From assembly GCF_009914755.1 (NCBI RefSeq), contig NC_060926.1: a stretch of 64,000 nucleotides of DNA; one strand, written 5' to 3'. Source of the DNA: the human T2T-CHM13v2.0 reference genome, Homo sapiens. The first letter of the stretch is position 1, and each line of letters starts with the position of its first letter. The position numbers and the translations under genes were made by a program. The notes beneath the pieces were generated by a model that had not been told where the DNA came from, did no database searches, and was given only the letters and a program-made list of their open reading frames with translations. Below are positions 1 to 11,700 of this stretch, in pieces.

Positions 1-244
1 GCTGAGTTCATGCTCTTCAACCTTGTTGCTTTTCCCTTTCAGTCTTCCCTTTCTTTGTTCCTCATTCCTGCACAGCCCCTCTTCTTTCCCAAAGTGTGCT
101 CCTCTGAAACCCTGATCTGGAGCAATAGTTAGTGACTTGCCTGCCCAGGGAAGAATGGGCAGCCATGCCATCTTTTTTGTCTTCTCATCATGACTCTCTG
201 CTCCTCTCCATCCCCCATCCCCACACCCCTTGCATTCTTCCCAG

Positions 245-355
245 TGGAGAAACTTCCCTGGGAACAGAGGAAGTTGCTCCGATGGAAGATGAGCACAGTG
301 ACCCCCAACATTGTCAAGCAGACCATTGGACGGTCCCACTTCAAAATCAGCAAAA
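245..355 (+). CDS. TTLL4: TTLL4 internal coding exon (VEKLPWEQRKLLRWKMSTVTPNIVKQTIGRSHFKISK)
   Basis: Polypyrimidine tract + CAG acceptor at 242-244, GTGAGT donor at 356; peptide precedes the TTL domain; phase joins next exon (A|GA = Arg). Confidence 0.95.
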
Positions 356-438
356 GTGAGTTGCTTGCCTTACTGTGAGCCTGTCCTTTTGCCCCAAATA
401 GATGGGCTTTGCATAGGGGGAGAGCTCTAGACACCTCG

Positions 439-1072
439 TGCCTATGTCGGGGCAGCTGGGGCCCTCTCCTGAAATCCAACCTCATAGGAGGGTGTAGCTC
501 TGAAATCCTGGACTGAGCCTGTTGTTCAGAATTGAGAGACAGAGGGCCATTGTTCTGTCCCTGGCCCCAGGGCCTCATGTAGGACAGCTCCATAGCAACT
601 CTTTGAAAACCAAGTCTGGGAGCTCTGCCCAGTTCTGGGGCCTCTGGGCCTCTCTCTGTCCCTGGACTGAGCTGTTAGCAAGGCTGATTCCTGATGTACC
701 TCCCATAGGAAACGATGACTGGCTGGGCTGCTGGGGTCACCACATGAAGTCTCCTAGTTTCCGATCCATTCGAGAGCATCAGAAGGTAGGGGTCCTTTCT
801 GAGGAGCTGTTTCCCTGGACTTTGGACTAGGCCAAGAGGAGGGGGATGATGTGAGTAGGGGGTAGGGGGCGGGAAGAGGATGATGACCATGGAGAAGTCA
901 GGAAGGTGTACAGAGGAGAAAGTACAGGACGGGGGTACAGTGAGAGACTCCAGTGGATCACGTACATCTCCAGTTCAGCTGCAGTATCTTGGAGTTTCTT
1001 GCCTATGTAGGGGGCAGCTGAGTCCCTCTCCTGAACTCCAACCTCATAGGAGGGTGTAACTCTGAAATCCTG
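439..1072 (+). repeat. Dispersed direct repeat, 72/73 bp copies at 439-510 and 1000-1072
   Basis: Manual alignment: 5 substitutions + 1 indel. Confidence 0.9.
709..785 (+). CDS. TTLL4: TTLL4 coding exon (NDDWLGCWGHHMKSPSFRSIREHQK)
   Basis: TAG acceptor 706-708, AAG|GTAGGG donor; frame continuous with both neighbours. Confidence 0.95.
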
Positions 1073-1556
1073 CAGTTGCAGCTTCTCCAAGATGCTTTTT
1101 CCTCTAATGTGTCTTGAGTTAGATTGTCTGTTTTCTGTTTATTATGTTTCCCTATGATCACTGCACATTCCATTCTCCCAAGCTGAATATGTGTAAAGAG
1201 GACTTCTGGTCTCACATTGGAATGAATGAGTCCCTTGCCTCCAGACTTACTAAAGGCGAAATGCTTTTCTGTCCTCATCCCATAGGGTTTCATGGATAAA
1301 GATGTAATAGCTTTTTCTTTGCACTTAAGGTGAATATCACATCTGGCTTACATTACTCTGTTTTGTCTGTGTTTTAATCATCTTTTGGTGAGTGCTCTGC
1401 AGTTGGATACTTGAGGACCATTAGGGTGGTGATAGTAAGATGGAACAAAAGCTTGGAGTGCTGCTAAAGAAGTTGGAATGGTAGAATGAGTCTTGTCATC
1501 TTCCTCATGGCCTCACCTCTGCCCTCTTCCTGCACTCACCCTTTTCCCTTTTGTAG

Positions 1557-1748
1557 CTAAACCATTTCCCAGGCTCATTCCAGATTGGGAGGAAGGACCG
1601 GCTATGGCGGAACCTGTCACGTATGCAGAGCCGCTTTGGCAAGAAGGAGTTCAGTTTCTTCCCCCAGTCCTTTATCCTGCCCCAGGACGCCAAGCTCCTG
1701 CGCAAAGCGTGGGAGAGCAGCAGCCGCCAAAAGTGGATTGTGAAGCCA
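1557..1748 (+). CDS. TTLL4: TTLL4 coding exon (LNHFPGSFQIGRKDRLW...WIVKP)
   Basis: TTL-family motifs NHFPG..RKD and WIVKP; TAG acceptor, GTGAGT donor. Confidence 0.97.
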
Positions 1749-1843
1749 GTGAGTGAATCACAGTGGGCAGGAGACTATGGTCTGTGAGTGGGAACAACAG
1801 AGTATTGGACCTGGAGCAAATCTCATCTCCTTTCTGCTCCTAG

Positions 1844-1926
1844 CCAGCATCAGCTCGAGGCATTGGCATCCAGGTTATTCACAAGTGGAGTCAGCTCCCC
1901 AAGCGAAGGCCCCTCCTGGTACAGAG
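1844..1926 (+). CDS. TTLL4: TTLL4 coding exon (PASARGIGIQVIHKWSQLPKRRPLLVQR)
   Basis: ARGIGI motif of TTLL glutamylases; AG/GTGAG boundaries; 95-nt upstream intron. Confidence 0.96.
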
Positions 1927-2150
1927 GTGAGCCTGTAGCACATATCCCTTACCCCATCCTCCCACCTCCTTGGCCTCGAGGTTCCCTTCTTACAATGTTC
2001 TGCCCTTTGTTCTCCCAGCCAAAGAGCTTCCTTAGCCAACTGTTCTAAGGTCTTTATCTTGGGGACTGTTAGCTGGCTTTTCCTGTGGCTTGGTTACCCA
2101 CTGAGCCCCATCATCTGGCTGTATGAGAAGCTGGCCTTTGTCCTATGTAG

Positions 2151-2279
2151 GTATCTACACAAACCCTACCTCATCAGCGGCAGCAAGTTTGACCTGCGGA
2201 TCTATGTTTATGTCACTTCCTACGATCCTCTGCGGATTTACCTCTTTTCAGATGGACTGGTCCGCTTTGCCAGTTGCAA
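2151..2279 (+). CDS. TTLL4: TTLL4 coding exon ([43 protein letters not shown])
   Basis: KFDLRIY and GLVRFA core TTL motifs; TAG acceptor, GTATGT donor. Confidence 0.97.
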
Positions 2280-2658
2280 GTATGTGACAGTGGTGAGGTA
2301 TCCTCTGACAATATTGGGGATTTTATTTTCCTTGGAGGGAGGGAAACTAGAAGACACCAAACAGAAAAATAGTTTTTGTTAGCAAGGGGAAAGGCAGGAA
2401 ATGGGAAATATGGAGGCTCTCTACTTCGTTAAATCTGGGGAGGGTCTTCCTGCATGCGGGACTGAGGTGGGATAAAGGAGATGAGTTTAGCTGTGGTTTT
2501 TCAGAACTTTGCCAGTAGACACACTTCTCAGGCTCTTGTGGCTATGAAAAGATCTGTGTACTTGTTCTACACCTCTTCAGGATTTGGGGAAATGTTTGGC
2601 CCCTTCTCCATCTGCTCTGTTACCATCTTACCTCTGCCTTTTGTTTCCTTACTTCCAG

Positions 2659-2781
2659 GTATTCGCCTTCCATGAAGAGCCTTGGCAATAAGTTCATGCA
2701 CCTGACCAACTACAGTGTCAATAAAAAGAATGCCGAGTACCAGGCCAATGCAGATGAAATGGCTTGCCAGGGCCACAAATG
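2659..2781 (+). CDS. TTLL4: TTLL4 coding exon (YSPSMKSLGNKFMHLTNYSVNKK...GHKW)
   Basis: MHLTNYSVNK motif; CAG acceptor, GTACTG donor. Confidence 0.96.
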
Positions 2782-2926
2782 GTACTGAGGGCAGAGTGTC
2801 CCAGTCCAGTGAAGGCCTAGAGGAATACAGGGTTCTGGGGTTTTGGGAGGTTCAGGGGCATGGCGAGTGGAGGATTAATATAAGACCCAGAGATAACACT
2901 TACCAATTCAGAATTGGTCTATTTGA

Positions 2927-3230
2927 GGCCGGATGTGGTGGCTCACGCCTGTAATCCTAGCACTTTGGGAGGCCAAGGTGGGTGGATCACCTGAGTTCAG
3001 GAGTACAGGACCAGCCTGGCCAACATGGCGAAGCCCTGCGTCTACTAAAAATACAAAAATTAGCTGGGTGTGGTGGCAGGCGCCTACAATCCCAGCTGCT
3101 CAGGAAGTTGAGGCAGGAGAATCACTTGAACCTGGGGGACGGAGGTTGCAGTGAGCTGAGATCGCGCCACTTCACTCCAGCCTGTGTGAAAGAGTGAAAC
3201 TCCATCTCAAAAAAAAAAAAAAAAAAAAAG
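2927..3230 (+). mobile_element. Alu (AluS-like), full length
   Basis: Two arms, A-tail, TSD AGAATTGGTCTATTTG. Confidence 0.95.
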
Positions 3231-3389
3231 AATTGGTCTATTTGCATCCAAGTTCATCTCTTTCATAATTTAAACTGCGAAAGGAAGAGATATGAAGAAA
3301 ATACCATTAGGTCTCTTCTTCGTTTTTCTTTGTCTTTGTCACTCATTCCTAGAATTTAATTCCTAATACTTCCTCTTCCTCCTCTGCAG

Positions 3390-3488
3390 GGCACTGAAGG
3401 CTTTGTGGAACTACCTGAGCCAGAAGGGAGTCAATAGCGACGCCATCTGGGAGAAGATAAAGGATGTTGTTGTCAAAACTATCATCTC
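3390..3488 (+). CDS. TTLL4: TTLL4 coding exon (ALKALWNYLSQKGVNSDAIWEKIKDVVVKTIIS)
   Basis: CAG acceptor, GTGAGT donor, frame continuity. Confidence 0.96.
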
Positions 3489-3806
3489 GTGAGTCACATT
3501 GCCAACCTGGATGTGGGGCCTGCTGCTGACCCCCTCCTTTCTCCTGGGCCTCACACTGCTGTGCTCTGGACTTTGGCCATGCTGTGGTTTGGTTTTAAGG
3601 ACAGAGAATAGGAAGGAGTGGCCAGAGTTAAGTTCTAATGAACCTCATCCCCAGGAGCTGGTCCCAGATCAGAGGTGTCACTTGAGAGCTACCTTTCCTG
3701 GGTTGCTTCTGCCTGCCTATCTCTGGGCCACTCTTTTGGCAGGATAGCTCTGAGTAGAGCCCTCTGGGAGGAGCTGAACTGAGTACTTCCTCATCCCCAT
3801 GACCAG

Positions 3807-3941
3807 GTCAGAGCCCTATGTGACCAGCCTGCTCAAGATGTATGTGCGACGGCCCTATAGCTGCCATGAACTCTTTGGTTTTGACATCATGCTAGACGAA
3901 AACCTCAAGCCCTGGGTCCTGGAAGTCAACATTTCCCCAAG
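3807..3941 (+). CDS. TTLL4: TTLL4 coding exon (SEPYV...[25 protein letters not shown])
   Basis: Catalytic ATP-grasp motifs GFDIMLD and LEVN; CAG/GTAGGT boundaries. Confidence 0.97.
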
Positions 3942-4021
3942 GTAGGTGGTATTCTCAGGACACTCACCATAGAATCCTTCCATTATTCTCACGCTCCCAT
4001 TGCCACTCCAGTAAGTTGTTC

Positions 4022-4320
4022 TTTTTTTTTTTTTTTCTTTGAGATGGAGTCTCGCTCTGTCTCCCAGGCTGGAGTGCAGTGGCGCAATCTTGGCTTACTG
4101 CAACCTCCGCCTCCGGATTCAAGCAGTTCTCCTGCCTCAGCCTCCCAAGTAGCTGGGACTACAGGCATGCACCACCACACCCAGCTAATTTTTTGTATTT
4201 TTAGTAGAGACAGGGTTTCACTGTATTAGCCAGGACGGTCTCGATCTCCTGACCTCGTGATCTGCCCACCTCGGCCTCCCAAAGTGCTGGGATTACAGAT
4301 GTGAGCCACCACGCCCAGCC
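4022..4320 (-). mobile_element. Alu (AluS-like), full length
   Basis: Antisense Alu, TSD AGTTGTTCTTTT. Confidence 0.95.
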
Positions 4321-4562
4321 AGTTGTTCTTTTTAAGTGGATCCTTACTGCTTGCTTTCCTTTAGCAGATCAAGGTCATGGGCAGGTTATTCACCGTCTTT
4401 GGGGCAAGAGAGTCTTGTGATGGTGATCCTGCATGGGGATGTTTGAGCAGCTTTCATCTTAGGGAAGCCAGGAAGTAAATGAGACTAGCCCTGAGTTGCA
4501 CATATGACCAGAGACTGTTTCGGAGTGCTGCTTTGACCACTCTTTTTATCCTTTTTCTGAAG

Positions 4563-4700
4563 CCTCCACTCCAGCTCTCCACTGGATATCAGCATCAAAG
4601 GCCAGATGATTCGTGACCTTCTGAATCTGGCAGGTTTTGTCCTGCCCAATGCAGAGGATATCATTTCCAGCCCCAGCAGCTGCAGCAGCTCCACCACCAG
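4563..4700 (+). CDS. TTLL4: TTLL4 coding exon (LHSSSPLDISIKGQMIRDLLNLAGF...SSSTTS)
   Basis: AAG acceptor after T-rich tract, GTGAGG donor; end of TTL domain. Confidence 0.94.
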
Positions 4701-4934
4701 GTGAGGCCCCTATTTCTTCACAGCTCTGCTGGCAGCATGAGTAGCCCTGCTATAGTTTCTGGGAAGGAATGGGTTCTGGGTGCTCCCTTCTGCCAGGTTC
4801 CCCTTGCTGCTCAATCTTGCCCCTACAGTCCACTAACATGCTACCATGCCACATCAGTGACTCTCAAGTATGTTCAGTTATGTTGATCCCCTGCTTAGGA
4901 ACCACAGGCCTAGGAATCAGATTTAAACATCTTA

Positions 4935-5108
4935 GGCACACTGGTGTGTGTCTCTAGTCCCAGCTACTTGGGAGACTGAAGCAGGGGGATCTTTTAAGGC
5001 TAGAAGTTCACAGCTCTAGTGCACTATGATGATCATGCCTGTGAATAGCCACTGTACTCTCTTTAGCCTGGGCAATATAGCAAGATGTTGTTTCTAAAAA
5101 AAAAAAAT
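4935..5108 (+). mobile_element. Alu monomer (FRAM/AluJ-like arm)
   Basis: Degenerate right arm with A-tail. Confidence 0.75.
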
Positions 5109-5479
5109 TCTTACCTGGGCAGTCAGGGTCCCAGCTTCCTTTTTCTTGGTGTATCTCTCTTTCTTCTTCCTCTCCTGGCTCCTGTGCCCTGACAAACTGG
5201 ATCGCTCACACAACCTCAAGGTCAGAATGATCCTTAAGGACCAGTTGGTCCAGTCTCCTCTCTGAAATGTTTATTGCCTCTTGCTGTTCCCCATAGTGTT
5301 CTTTCCTCTGCTTATGGAGTTTCTCCCTCCTGAAATGCCCCATAGCCAGACCCGCTGTTAACCTCTGCTGTTCATCAAAGCCTAGCTCATACACCTTCAT
5401 GAGGCCAACTCAGTATGGCCATTTTTTTTTTCTTTTTTCATACCACAAAGCATTGGGAACCACTCTAGAGAGGAGGGAG

Positions 5480-5700
5480 TTTATATTTACTTAGTACCTG
5501 AGATGTGTGAGGAAAAAAACCCTATAACTTACCCTTCCAATAACCCTGTAAGGTTAGTATTTGTACCTGTGGTTTACAGAGGAGAAAACTGAAGCTCTTT
5601 GGGATTAAGTAGCCCATCAAAGTTATTCAACTAGAGAGTGGTAGGACTGGAATTCAAATCCTGATTTGCCTGATAACAAAACTTACTTTCCCCGCTTTAC
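5480..5700 (-). mobile_element. MIR fragment
   Basis: MIR core TTTACAGAGGAGAAAACTGAAGCTC...GGAATTCAAATCC. Confidence 0.65.
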
Positions 5701-6257
5701 CCTGTAGACTCATGTTTGGCTCTGTCCAGTGGTTGTCATTGGACATATCCCACAAGCTCCTTGGGGGCAAGAGTTGCTTTTTAGTCATCTTTTTAAAATT
5801 ATTATTTTTTTTTAGAGACAGAGTCTCACTATCTCTCTCAACAGTGATTATGGTAATTGTAGTAATGTGGGTGATGAAACTGAGGTGAAGGGAGGTTAAG
5901 TCAGTTGCCCAGGGTCACACAGCCAGTAGGGCAGAGTTGAGTATATAGTTAAGTGTTCACTGAATTAAACTGAACTGAAGTATATACCACAATAAGGCTT
6001 ATTGCAAGGTCCTTATTTTTTATCATTCAAATTCAACCTAAAGCTGGTGGTTTGTATCCTTTTACTTAATATTTGATGACTCTCAGGTTACTTCTGGGGA
6101 GTGCATTTTAGTCCAACCTACTACTCAAGTAACCTCTGTTCATACATCTTTGTCTTCTCTCAAGAAGGGTGTCTGCTGGGCTGGACCTCCTCCATATTTC
6201 CTCCAAATAAGAAGCTGCTGACCCTGCCCTTTGCTTTCTTTCTGGCCTCTGCCGTAG

Positions 6258-6360
6258 CCTGCCCACCTCCCCTGGGGACAAATGTCGAATGGCTCCAGAG
6301 CATGTCACTGCACAGAAGATGAAGAAAGCCTATTATCTGACCCAGAAAATTCCTGATCAG
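6258..6360 (+). CDS. TTLL4: TTLL4 coding exon (LPTSPGDKCRMAPEHVTAQKMKKAYYLTQKIPDQ)
   Basis: TAG acceptor, CAG|GTAGGA donor, frame continuity. Confidence 0.93.
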
Positions 6361-6364
6361 GTAG

Positions 6365-6792
<428 letters not shown>

Positions 6793-7316
6793 TAATCCAG
6801 GCCTGTGATCCTCTGATGCACAGAGATTTGTTGGCATGTCTGTCATTCTGGGAGAGTGTTAATTGTCTTTACCATGTTTTCTGGCCCCCTCTTGTCCAAA
6901 CTATAGACTTTTACCCTTTGGGTTTCTTTCTCTGAGAGGCACAGTGAGAGACCCCAGGAAGCTGACTTTCTCAGAGCAGATAAGGAAGCTGGATTTAAGC
7001 ATGGCAGATACAAGACTGGTGCCAAATCTGAATTGCTGGATCCTCATCTTGACTTTACCCAACAAACTACTTAACCTCTCAGCCCCAGTGGCTCCCCTGA
7101 CCCCAAACAAGAGTGCCTTCCCCCACTAGCTAAGTTCAGTAGACTTAGGAACAGATGTCTTTCAGAGCTGGCCCACTAGGCTGCCCTCAGTAGTTCCATG
7201 AGAGTCCCGGAGCTGTAGGACCCCAGGGGTGTGCTCCCTGTTCCCCAGCTTCTTGAGTCTCTGCCCCTGGCTTACACTCTCTCACACCCTTTTTCTCCCT
7301 GTTCCTTGGACCACAG

Positions 7317-7527
7317 GACTTCTATGCATCTGTGCTGGATGTCCTGACACCAGATGATGTTCGGATTCTGGTTGAGATGGAAGATGAGTTTTCTCGCCGT
7401 GGTCAGTTTGAACGAATTTTTCCTTCTCATATCTCCTCTCGCTATCTCCGCTTTTTTGAGCAGCCACGATATTTCAACATTCTCACCACCCAATGGGAAC
7501 AGAAATACCATGGCAACAAGCTTAAAG
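7317..7527 (+). CDS. TTLL4: TTLL4 coding exon (DFYASVLDVLTPDDVRILVEMEDEFSRRGQFERIFP...NKLK)
   Basis: RRGQFERIFP motif shared by TTLL glutamylases; CAG/GTGATG boundaries. Confidence 0.96.
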
Positions 7528-7668
7528 GTGATGTGCCCTCCCTGCCCTCAGAAAGCCAAGTTTAGTGAGAGATTAAATCCCAGTATACCAAGAAATGGGC
7601 CTCTCTGGAAAGAATTGGCCAATTGATTCTACCTTCTTAAACCCCAACTCCTGCTAATCTTGTCCTAG

Positions 7669-7739
7669 GAGTAGATCTGCTCCGGAGTTGGTGCTACAAA
7701 GGGTTCCACATGGGAGTTGTCTCTGATTCTGCTCCAGTG
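7669..7739 (+). CDS. TTLL4: TTLL4 coding exon (GVDLLRSWCYKGFHMGVVSDSAPV)
   Basis: Branch-like CTAAT + TAG acceptor, GTGAGT donor. Confidence 0.93.
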
Positions 7740-8137
7740 GTGAGTGCTGCCAGTGTGGAGGACAGCTCCTTCTCAGGCCCCTCCCTCCTCTGCCTTATGA
7801 GTGCAGCAGGAGTTGGGTTGGTATGTATAGGCCTCTCTCACTTCTCCGCTAGGCTCTGCTTCTGTCTCACCATTCTTTCCTTTCAAGGGAATAGTTGCCT
7901 CCAGGATTCCCTGGGTACCTTTCTTTCAAGGATCAAAAAGTGCTTTGTAGGCCTCAACTTCTTGTTTGATTCAGAAGAGAACTGAGACTTTTACCCACCT
8001 GGGCCCATGCCTGAGGGGTAGGGAAGGGGAGAACCCCATGATCCATTTAGAGGTAGAGCTGGAGGGTACCAAGACCCCAAACACTCCTGCCTTGCCTCCG
8101 CCAAGCCTTTTGGTCTCATTGCTTCCTTTGCTCTTAG

Positions 8138-8223
8138 TGGTCTCTCCCGACATCACTTCTGACTATCTCAAAGGATGACGTGATACTCAATGCCTTCAGC
8201 AAATCAGAGACTAGCAAGCTGGG
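8138..8223 (+). CDS. TTLL4: TTLL4 coding exon (WSLPTSLLTISKDDVILNAFSKSETSKLG)
   Basis: TAG acceptor, GTGAGT donor, frame continuity. Confidence 0.92.
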
Positions 8224-8687
8224 GTGAGTGCTGCCTGGGCAAGGGAGGGGCTGCTGGCTGTGAGTTTGTAGAGTTTTCTTCCTTCCCCTCTTCCCAGACT
8301 GTGGCAGTGAGATCAGCATTCTCCAGCTGGGGGTTGGTGGGAGCGTCAGGACATGCAGCCATAGCATCCTTTTTCTGGTAGATCTTGGTATGCCCAGGGA
8401 AGCTGAGCTGGAGGACAGAAGTGCTTCCTGAAGCAGCCACTGTCAGCCATACCCACTAGCTGTGGGAAATTGTTAGCCCTCTACCCGCACCCCCATTCAC
8501 TCTTGCACTGCAGGTCTCAAGCCTTCAAGTAAATAGAATTTTTTTTATGGTTATTACATTTCCATGTAATTTTGGCCTACAACACTGTAATGTCGTGAAT
8601 GCCTGCTCCAGACTGAAGGCAAATCCTAAGGTAAAGTCTCAGTTAAACAGTGTCTCAGTCATTTCTTTCACCACCTATTCCCTCCAG

Positions 8688-8943
8688 AAAACAAAGCTCC
8701 TGTGAGGTTAGCCTACTACTCTCTGAAGACGGGACCACGCCCAAATCCAAGAAGACTCAAGCTGGCCTTTCCCCTTATCCCCAGAAACCCAGTTCCTCAA
8801 AGGACAGTGAGGACACCAGCAAAGAGCCCAGCCTTTCTACCCAGACGTTACCTGTGATCAAGTGCTCTGGGCAGACTTCAAGACTTTCTGCTTCCTCCAC
8901 TTTCCAGTCAATCAGTGACTCCCTCCTGGCTGTGAGCCCATAA
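8688..8943 (+). CDS. TTLL4: TTLL4 terminal coding exon (KQSSCEVS...SLLAVSP*)
   Basis: CAG acceptor 8685-8687, Ser-rich tail, TAA stop 8941-8943. Confidence 0.94.
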
Positions 8944-9990
8944 CTGGCCTCTCTCCAAAAGCCTCTGCCCAGGAGCATGGGCATCAGCTACCTCACGGGA
9001 ACCAGCCTGCTGTTCAGACCAGTCTGACCCCCTACCCCTTTCACCCTGTCCCTCCTCAGAGTATTTTTTGAAGTGGTTGCATTATAGAGATGGGTATTTG
9101 TAGGGCCGGAGGGATGGTAGTGATGGGGAGAAGGTGAGGAAGGGTCACCCTCTGTCACCTGTCTGCCTGGCTGGCACCTCATATCTCAGCAGAGAAGCCA
9201 GTGGTGGCCACGCAGCCTTATAAAGCAGGTTTTGGTTTCTACCTTAAGTGAGCCATGTGTGGTTTGTCTGGGGGCCCTGGTGTGGTTGCTGAGTTGTAGC
9301 TCAAGAGGAGAAAACATACAGAACATATTTGGACCGGAAATCCTTTGTTCTGAATTTGAGGGGGTCTTCTGAGGTCCTTACTTCCTTAGGTCTTTCCTCA
9401 CCCCTCTCCCACCGCTGTCCTGAGGAGAAACCCTTGAACTTCCTCAGTAGACAGGCGGAGAGGCCACAACATGCCGAACCCATTTCCTGTCATCCTAGTC
9501 TTGGGTCTTCACCGCCTCCTTCCAAATACCCACCCTGCCAGCAGCCCTAGGTCTTCCTGTTCTGACCCCCCATCACTGCTCGTTCAGCCTTCTAGATGTC
9601 TCTCTCGTGGACATCTGTTCTTTAGCTGTTGGCTTTCTCTGAGGTGTGAGAGGGTCTATGAACTTTGTGAATTTCCCATGGCCCCAGTGAAGGAGCCCAG
9701 ATAATCCCAGTAGCTGTTACCTGTCTCCATGTATCAAAGGACACAGTCCAGGGGGAGGGTGGAAGGAGATGTGGTTTCTCTATAGTGCAACAAACATGGT
9801 TTCTCAATGTTCTGCTGTGCAGCAAGCAGGGTCTGGCGGCTTGGTAGGTGGGTTTCAGGAGCAGTCACTATTGTAGGATGGGCTTCCAATCAAACCTCAG
9901 ACTAAACTCTTGTACTGAACTGATTCTACCTCCCTCCTCTAGACTCAGTAAACAGTGACTATTCAATAAATGTTGACTGAGTGAACTGTA
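8944..9990 (+). other. TTLL4: TTLL4 3' UTR (3' end approximate)
   Basis: Unique sequence from stop codon to first AATAAA. Confidence 0.75.
9965..9970 (+). terminator. TTLL4: Polyadenylation signal AATAAA of TTLL4
   Basis: Canonical hexamer about 1 kb after the stop, upstream TGTA near 9911. Confidence 0.8.
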
Positions 9991-11519
9991 TTTACAGAGA
10001 TCTCAAAGGACCCCAGCACTTGAACCAGAAGTTCTAATTGTCTCTCATCTAGGTATGAGAAAGTGGAACCTGGGAACAGCACAAGCGGAAGAGTTCGGAT
10101 CAGAAAGGTTTTCTCTGAAGCCGTGCTCCTTCCTAACCCTGCACTTAGTGGTTGCTGCTTGCCTCCTCCCCAGCCCCTGTAGTCCCTTTACTTAGTTTTT
10201 TCTAGCAGTGGCACATATAAGAAGCCAATTGGCCCCGTGTCCCTGCTACTCAAGTTTTCTCTTTGCACATCAGGCAGAAAGCTCAGCTACTTGGTCTCAC
10301 CCTGGACTGTAGCTGCCCCCATTCTCTCTGAGCTTTGGAAAGATAGAGACTTCTGTGTTTCATGGCTCCTGGAGTTCTGTGGCGAGGTGGGGTGGGGCCC
10401 TGGAAAGATCACTGAGAGGCCTGATTGGGTTCAAGGCCACAGAGTAGGTGGGTGTTTGGCCGGTCCTAAGGCCATGTTGACAGTTGTGAAAGTTTGGTGA
10501 CAAAGTCCTGGGCATCATTGGCTGCTCAATAGTAAGGACTTTAAAGTCGGGCCATAATGGGAGAGGTCCTTGACACTCCTATTGGATCTTTTCTGATGTA
10601 ATTGAAGTGACCCGCCTCTTCTCCCCGCTGGCTGCAGTATTCTAGTGCAGACATGACATGGGGAATCTGCTGCCTTCCTAAGAGAAAATGAGCTGCCTGC
10701 CTGGCAGTTTTGTTGTGGCTGGGCCTTCACGGCAAGGACCTAGGCACGGAGTCCTGGTTGAGCTGGTTTACTCCATGAAAACGAACTTCAGTTCTTTGGC
10801 TTGCCCCCTGAGAATCCCTGTACAACACAACCAATCTATTTCCATTGCCCTAACTGGAGAGGGAACCAGCATTGCTGAATGGGGGTATTGGGGGAAGCAT
10901 GGTGGGGGAAGGGAGAAGGACTTAGGAAATTAAGTCCTTGTGAGCAATGAAGGTCCTAAAAGAGCAATGGAAAGACACTGCTCTTAGTTTAAAACAAGTT
11001 TGTACATTATTCTTAATTTTCATCACATTTGAGTATCTGATAGACATGGGTGTTTTGCTGGGTAGGAGAAAGGAATGGGACTTACATACCACATTTACCT
11101 CTCACTCTTGAGAGAAAATTAAATCTTATCAAGCATTTGGCATATATACTTTTGTATTGAATGCCCACAATATGAGGTATTCAGCTAAGCAGGAATTTTT
11201 GAGAAGGAATGAGATTTTTTTGGGAAGGTTAAATTGGGAGTATAGTAGAATAAATATTTGTCAGAATATGTCAGTTGTTTTCCTAAGTTGATAACTTACC
11301 TAGTCTATTTGGAGGAAGGGAGGCGAGTGTTCTTGAGACAAGGAATGAAGTGCAGGCTATTTCTGGAGTAGTGGAGTAAGGGCTTGGGGTGGAAAGTGGA
11401 GGAGGGCAGTCACTGCTGTTTACTTTGCATCCACTTTGGAATGATGAGAAACTCAGTTTCTTAGAAGAAATAGTAATGAAGAGATGGCCTTGTGTCAGGA
11501 AAGGATCGGGAACCTTGAA

Positions 11520-11700
11520 TCAGGCTGACCTTGGGTTTAAATCCCAGTTCTGCCACTTACTGTGTGACCTTGGGCATGTCATCTAACTTTTAAGTCTCCA
11601 TTTCTTTGTAGTATGAATATAATACCTACAGTGCAGGGTTGCGAAGATTTAAACCAAATGTAGTGAAAGTACGTAGGACATAGAGGGCACTTTGCATGGT
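11520..11700 (+). mobile_element. MIR
   Basis: GGGTTTAAATCCCAGTTCTGCCACTTACTGTGTGACCTTGGGC core. Confidence 0.8.

Noticed and set aside
129-593. 154-aa antisense ORF sharing SRISELHPPMRL with ORF 827-1090
   Set aside because: The peptide similarity just reflects the 72-bp DNA duplication; no sign of a real antisense gene.
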